DNA of 15,609 nt. It comes from Octopus sinensis. Its lineage: Eukaryota. The stretch is taken from NCBI RefSeq assembly GCF_006345805.1, contig NW_021825496.1, positions 1 to 15,609 of the forward strand, read 5' to 3'. The position numbers and the translations under genes are program-made. The notes under the pieces were generated by a model. It ran no database searches. It was not told the origin of the DNA and saw only the letters and a program-made list of their open reading frames with translations. Positions 9,994-15,609 of the stretch are shown here, one piece after another. The first letter of the stretch is position 1, and every line of letters begins with the position of its first letter.

Positions 9994-10225
9994 TGCCGGT
10001 CAAGTAGTGTGGAGCGACTGACCTCCCTTGTTCGAAGGTTATATGGATACAGTTTGTGTATCAAATAGCTAACTTAAGGCGATGGCCTCATCAGGAGCTA
10101 ATAAGCGGACAGCTTTTTCTTATTTTTATTAGAATGCCATATTAGTATGGCGATAACTATTATTTTCCGGGAACGCTGCCGCTGTTCTCTTTTAGAGAGA
10201 CTTAGTATTTTAATATTTCTATTAT

Positions 10226-10227
10226 AA

Positions 10228-10285
<58 letters not shown>

Positions 10286-10288
10286 TAT
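10226..10288. repeat. (TA)n microsatellite
   Basis: Seen directly in the sequence. Confidence 0.95.
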
Positions 10289-10568
10289 AGGCGCAGGAGT
10301 GGCTGTGTGGTAAGTAGCTTGTCTACCAACCACATGGTTGCGGGTTCAGTCCCACTGAGTGTGTATTGTGTGTCTGTGTTTGTCCCCTAGCATTGCTTGA
10401 CAACGATGCTGGTGTGCTTATGTCCCCGATCGGCAAGAGAGACCGATAGAATAAGTACTGGGATTGCAAAAGAATAAGTCCCGGGGTCGAGTTGCTCGAC
10501 TAATGGCGGTGCTCCAGCATGGCCGCAGTCAAATGACTGAAACAAGTAAAAGAAAAGAATAAAAGAAT
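10289..10568 (+). mobile_element. tRNA-derived SINE family 1 with an internal deletion
   Basis: A-box-like TGGCTGTGTGG (10300-10310), B-box-like GGTTCAGTCCC (10343-10353) and an (AAAAGA[A/G]T)n tail. It lacks the segment present at ~13745-13855 of the full copy. Confidence 0.9.
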
Positions 10569-10577
10569 ATATATATA

Positions 10578-10680
10578 GTACCAGTTTCGCACTAGGGTCG
10601 ATGTAATCGACTTAATCCCTTTGTCTGTCCTTGTTTGTCCCCTCTATGTGTAGCCCCTTGTGGGTAGTAAAAATATAGAT
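10578..10680 (+). mobile_element. SINE family 2, 3' fragment
   Basis: Homologous to 3119-3221. Confidence 0.7.
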
Positions 10681-10910
10681 ATTTCAAAATAGAAAATACG
10701 CTTTAACAGGTAATTTCTACATGCTAGAAGTAGCAGCAAAATCTTGGCACGATCCATTATTTTCTGGCAAATTATGAAGTCCCGCAGAGATGTATGTATA
10801 TGTGCATGTACTAGTATTAATACATACATTTTATACTTATTTACGTGTATATATACACGTGTTAGCATATATGTATATCTATCTATACACACACACACAC
10901 ACACACACAG

Positions 10911-10944
<34 letters not shown>

Positions 10945-11129
10945 TATATAATGTGTGTGTGTGTGTGAGTCTGTATATATGTATGAATGTGTGTATGTAT
11001 GCATGTATCTATCTATCTAACTATCTATCAATCTATCCATATATATATATATGCGGATATATTGTACGTGCATGTATTGGTGTGTAAGCATATATCTATG
11101 CACATATATATATTACATTTATACATACA

Positions 11130-11531
11130 CTAGCAGTATCGCCCGGCGTTGCTCGGGTTTGTAAGGGAAATAACTATATAAGCATTTTTAGAGAGTTATA
11201 GCCAAAAAATAGCAAAAAAATGCATTAAAAATTGAAAAAAAATTAAGGTAATTTTTTTTAAAAATCGTTGACACATCGTAGATATTTTTAGAGAGTTACT
11301 TCCCTTATATAATAACGAAAAATATGCATTAAAATGGAAAAATATGATGGTAAATTTTTTTTAAATCGTAGACTCATCGTAGACGCGCGCTAATACCCAG
11401 AAGGGCTCGATATGAATCACGACTATAAGATACCCGCTTTTGGTTAAACTACACCGCAAAAAATGGGGAGTAGTAGTTACGAATCTAAATCGTAGGAGAC
11501 AGACACACAACTTCACTCTTATATATAAAGA
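11130..11531 (-). mobile_element. Non-autonomous Helitron, 402 bp, complete
   Basis: On the minus strand it starts 5'-TCTTTATATATAAG and ends with the hairpin CCCGAGCAACGCCGGG (11142-11157) plus 8 nt and CTAG-3'. It sits between A and T with no TSD and has an internal ~100-bp tandem duplication. Confidence 0.9.
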
Positions 11532-11641
11532 TATAAGCCACGTAGTTATATACACATACTTTGTTATATACACATTCTTAAAAGAAATGTTATTCTGAAC
11601 ACAAATTTACAAAGAATAAAATATTTTTTGGTTTTTCTTAA

Positions 11642-12458
11642 CCCTTTCGTTACTATATTTCTGACCAAAATACACCCCTTATGTGTTTCAATTAATTTCT
11701 AACGTAATCATAAATTTAGTCTGGTTTCATTAAACAACTATAACTTTTTTATTTATGAATATATTAATCTGATTTTTGGAAGATAATTTAGTGAAATGTT
11801 CTCAACCAATTCTATACTATAATTTTTGTCACAAAGTGACTCTAATTGCAGGTAGATACAGGTAAATTCAACAATATATAAATATTAAAATTTTGTTCAA
11901 ACATCGCTATAGAAAATGGGTTATTAGCTAATATTCAATTGGGTATCAACAAAAATTTTACGATAGAATTTGTTATTCTGGGTAACTTTCTAATACCCAT
12001 AATAATATTTATGGCAAAATAGGCCTTAATTTCATTAAGGTTGTGGGAAATAACAAACTATCGTTTCTTTCGCTTTGTTTAGGTTGAGATCAAATACCAC
12101 ATGCTTTTTTTTTTAGTCATAGAGTTAGATTTATGAAGGTCTTCAGTAGAAAATCCTTCGAATTCTGACTCGCTGCTTGATATAATGAAATTCGTATCCA
12201 TTTTTGTCAGAATTACAAATTTTGAAAACACAATAGGAACAAATTTCGGAAAAAATCTCCCATAATTCACGGAATTAAAATTACACTTCGATTTTTGTAC
12301 AAAACTGTAGTTGAACTGTTTACGAAGTATAATACGTGTTTTCACGAATGTTCTAAAGAGATTTATTCTGATATTCTCATTTAAATATGAATAGGTAAAT
12401 TCGGGCGGCTTGGTCACATTAACCAAATTTTTTTTCGGGCGGTTTGGTAACGAAAGGG
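11642..12458 (-). mobile_element. piggyBac-superfamily non-autonomous element, 817 bp
   Basis: Perfect 12-bp TIRs CCCTTTCGTTAC/GTAACGAAAGGG, with TTAA TSDs at 11638-11641 and 12459-12462. Subterminal repeats TTCGGGCGGYTTGGT. The minus strand has MDTNFIISSSESEFEGFSTEDL (ATG at 12201), resembling the acidic N-terminus of a piggyBac transposase. Confidence 0.9.
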
Positions 12459-12860
12459 TTAAACGGATGCATACATTATTAATAACTATATATAAGCGTC
12501 GTCTGTTTATACATAAACACTGTTTCATACTGCAATTATATATACATATATCTATATATAATATTATATAATAAAATATATACAGAGTAAAATAAAAACC
12601 AATTTACCTTTTCTGTATTGTTATTCGACCGTCCGTGTGTCTTTGCAAATGTGTTGGAATGATAAGTGAGTTGTGTTTTGGCGCCTTTTTTTACTAATAA
12701 CAAACACACACGTGTTTGTATGTAGTTGTTTGAAACGTTTGTGTTTGCCACTCTCATATATGTATGTGTATGCGTGTATGTGAGGAATGACACACACACT
12801 CACGCACGCACACATGTACATCAATGCTTTTATGAGCGTCATAGAGAGAAACAAATATTA

Positions 12861-12922
12861 CATCGCCATCGCCATAGCCATCGCCATCGCCATAGCCATC
12901 GCCATAGCCATCGCCATCGCAT
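12861..12922. repeat. Hexanucleotide repeat (CAT[C/A]GC)10
   Basis: Seen directly in the sequence. Confidence 0.95.
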
Positions 12923-13444
12923 TCTATTTTCTACCTGTCAACACACAGTGAATTAGTTTCAGTTTATTCATTGCCCACTGTGTGTGTGCGTTTGCGTGTG
13001 GTGTAAACCAGACTAAGAAAAGCATTTGACACACACACCAGAATGTGAGTTTTCTGTAAATTTTGCTTAATTGGAGTTTAAATTTTAAAAACTGGACCTG
13101 GCATGACGCGATGCATTGTACTCTTAAAAATGCTAGGTAAATTGTAATTGAAGAAATCCTATATTGTAGATTTGTATAACTCCCAAAGGGAGGCAGATAA
13201 AATCTGCCTTTTATAATAAGAGATACAAACATATATACATGCATACATACATATGTGCATACACATACACATACACACACACACATATATATTTATAATA
13301 CACACACATGTATAAATGCACATTTAGAAACACATTCATACACACGGCGTATGTAGATGTATGTATGAATGTATGTATTCTTAGAAATATGTTACATATA
13401 CACACACGTTTATATATATGTACACACATACGTACATACATATC

Positions 13445-13483
<39 letters not shown>

Positions 13484-13518
13484 CATACGTAAATACATAT
13501 CTATATGTATGTATATAT

Positions 13519-13922
13519 TACTCTTTTACTCTTTTACTTGTTTCAGTCATTTGACTACGGCCAAGCTGGAGCACCGCCTTTAGTCGAGCAACTCGACCCC
13601 GGGACTTATTCTTTGTAAGCTTAGTACTTATTCTATCGGTATCTTTTGCCGAACCGCTAAGTGACGGGGACGTAAACACACCAGCATCGGTCGTCGAGCA
13701 ATGTTAGGGGGACAAACACAGACACAAACACACACACACACATATATATACATATATACGACAGGCTTCTTTCAGTTTCCGTCTACCAAATCCACTCACA
13801 AGGCATTGGTCGGCCCGGGGCTATAGCAGAAGACACTTGCCCAAGATGCCACGCAGTGGGACTGAACCCGGAACCATGTGGCTGGTTAGCAAGCTACTTA
13901 CCACAGAGCCACTCCTGCGACT
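13519..13922 (-). mobile_element. tRNA-derived SINE family 1, full length (CORE-like central segment)
   Basis: Minus strand: head AGTCGCAGGAGTGGCTCTGTGGTAAG...GGTTCAGTCCCACTG, then GGCATCTTGGGCAAGTGTCTTCT (CORE/MIR-like), an internal TA/GT tract and an (AAAAGAGT)n tail. Confidence 0.9.
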
Positions 13923-14280
13923 ATATTCATTTTTCTGCATTGAACACAGCTGAGACGCCGTACACTCACACATGTATGTGCATATATACACATAAATATA
14001 TATGTTTATATATGCAATAGAAATATGCACGCATATGTATGTATAAGTTTATATATATATAAGTTTATATATATATATATATATATATATACATACATAT
14101 ATACATACATATAGATATGTATTTACGTATGTGTGTATATATATATATATATACATACATATACATATATATGTAGATGTATGTATGAATGTATCTATTC
14201 TTAGAAATATGTTACATATACACACACGTTTATATATATGTACACACATACGTTCATACATATCTATATGTATATATATA

Positions 14281-14319
<39 letters not shown>

Positions 14320-14352
14320 TACGTAAATACATATCTATGTATGTATATATAT

Positions 14353-14559
14353 TACTCTTTTACTCTTTTACTTGTTTCAGTCATTTTGACTGCGGCCATG
14401 CTGGAGCACCGCCTTTAGTCGATCAAATCGACCCCGGGACTATTCTTTGTAAGCTTAGTACTCATTCTATCGGTTCTACTTTGCCGAACCGCTAAGTGAC
14501 GTAAACACACTAGCATCGGTTGTCAAGCAATGCTAGGGGGAAACAACACACACACACAA

Positions 14560-14595
<36 letters not shown>
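14353..14595 (-). mobile_element. SINE family 1, 3' half, ending at the Helitron terminus
   Basis: Homologous to 13519-13757. Confidence 0.88.
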
Positions 14596-14596
<1 letters not shown>

Positions 14597-15609
14597 GCAG
14601 CATAGCCCGGCGTTGCCCGGGTATGTAAGAGCCCCTAATAGGCAACGACTAATCCCAATGTAGTCCTTTCCCTCCAGGGAACGAAGGTGCATGTGGACGT
14701 TGCAATGTCTTGTCTTCACTGGAATACTTCTGTATATACGATGTTCCTAGCTGTCCGTTTGGGCGAAAACATGAAAACATCATTGCGCCTCCCAACGCGT
14801 GAACAGCCCACGTAGAGTTGACCGTGGGCGAAGCACTGTTCGCCCAAATGTAACCCAGCGACTTGTAGCGTTTGGCCTTGGGATTTATTGATGGACATTG
14901 CGAAGCAGAGTTTAACAGGAAACTGAGAACGCCTGAAGTGGATTGAAGGTGCATCCGTGGAATGAAGACGTCCTCTCCATTCCCACAACCGGTAAGTATT
15001 GTGGCCGTTATTAAATGTGGTGCCAAATGTTTCACAACCAAACGTGTGCCGTTGCACTGTTTAGGTGGAACCAAATTCCTGATGAGCATAATGGGCGCAC
15101 CGACTTTTAACTTCAGGATGTGTGGTGGCAGGCCTGGCGGTTCAAGTGAATTCAGGAATTCAACAGGATAATCGGCAAGCTGGGCGGGGTCTGCTGTCCT
15201 ATCTATAGATTTGTAGACGTGGACATCACCAGGAATAGCTTCAAGTAGCTGGACATTGATGGAGTTGACGGTTGTATTTTTGGGTGCGAGAATAGCTCTG
15301 CCTGCCAGCCATTTTAGGTCGCGTAAATTGTTTTGTAGGTCGTGGGGAAGACAGCGTCCCGGAGGCTAACAGGGGTGTCGACAATGGTGCAAAGTGAGTC
15401 CAATTGAACGTAGCATCCGCATCAGACAGCATCCTATTTTCACCGAGCGATAAGAGGTCCTGGAGAATGCAGCGGATCCGCTGTCACCAATTAACTGCGC
15501 GCGCATGTTAGTTTGGAGGTGCAAGGGCCGCACATGTGCCCAAAGAGCTGACGACTTAAGGCACGCGCACACGGCATCGGCACGGGTTCCTTTTGGAATA
15601 ACAGTTAGA
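14594..15609 (-). mobile_element. Helitron 3' end (helicase-coding); continues right of the window
   Basis: The helicase reading frame ends at 14716. The 3' hairpin CCCGGGCAACGCCGGG is at 14606-14621, and the terminal CTAG lacks one base (+ strand ATAGCAG instead of ACTAGCAG). Confidence 0.9.
14716..15609 (-). pseudogene. C-terminal part of a Helitron RepHel Pif1-like (SF1B) helicase, frameshifted
   Basis: Across frames: VIPKGTRAD, LHLQTNMRAQL, RAILAPKN, VEFLNSLEPPGLPPHILKLKVGAPIMLIRNLVPPKQCNGTRLVVK, FPVKLCFAMSINKSQGQTL, HGQLYVGCSRV, NIVYTEVFQ-stop. Confidence 0.93.

Larger units (their letters stand above)
9113..10225 (+). mobile_element. Tandem array of ~360-bp hammerhead-containing monomers (non-LTR retrozyme-like): 3 units plus a 32-bp terminal redundancy
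   Basis: Units start AGAGAGACTTAG at 9113, 9474, 9831 and 10194 (361, 357 and 363 bp). They are near-identical, each has one HHR, there is no meaningful ORF, and both sides are flanked by (TA)n. Confidence 0.85.
13350..14595. repeat. Local direct duplication: ~13350-13757 and ~14170-14595
   Basis: ~170 bp of non-SINE flank (TTCTTAGAAATATGTTACATATACACACACGTTT...) plus the SINE 3' half occur twice, offset by 820-835 bp. Confidence 0.88.

Noticed and set aside
10088-10094. Minus-strand CTGATGAGGCC in unit 3, a possible antisense hammerhead (viroid-like ambisense RNA)
   Set aside because: It is absent from units 1 and 2, and I could not build stems I-III with any nearby GAAA in type I, II or III topology.
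9113-10225. CRISPR array or ordinary satellite as an explanation for the tandem repeat
   Set aside because: There are no unique spacers or cas genes and the context is eukaryotic. A conserved ribozyme fold per unit is not explained by a plain satellite.
10289-10360. tRNA gene
   Set aside because: A and B boxes are present, but there is no cloverleaf and the sequence continues into the SINE body and tail.

Overview
A gene-poor, transposon- and microsatellite-rich eukaryotic window. I infer an octopod cephalopod (Octopus) from my recollection of its abundant tRNA-derived SINEs; this is unverified. No intact host protein-coding gene is supported, and most listed ORFs are translations of (TA)n/(CA)n tracts. 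In order, the window holds: the 3' part of a CR1-group LINE (RT, frameshifted); a ~590-bp direct repeat with a ~340-bp head-to-head inversion; SINE fragments; a ~2.2-kb (TA)n tract; the 5' end of an RTE-clade LINE; a ~360-bp tandem array; a non-autonomous Helitron; a TTAA-flanked piggyBac derivative; duplicated SINEs; and the 3' end of a helicase-coding Helitron. The main result is that both non-coding tandem repeats carry one type I hammerhead ribozyme (HHR) per unit. The 9113-10225 array has three minimal HHRs with a compensatory U3-A8 core (UUGAAAA instead of CUGANGA), spaced exactly 359 nt apart. The 1831-3050 element has minus-strand HHRs with a canonical CUGAAGA core and an unusually long stem II, spaced 592 nt apart. 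Both have palindromic stem III and a divergent inverted copy at the 5' end. This fits two separate retrozyme / Penelope-associated families that could produce self-cleaved monomeric or circular RNAs. All folds were made by eye and activity is untested. Many indels look like long-read homopolymer errors.
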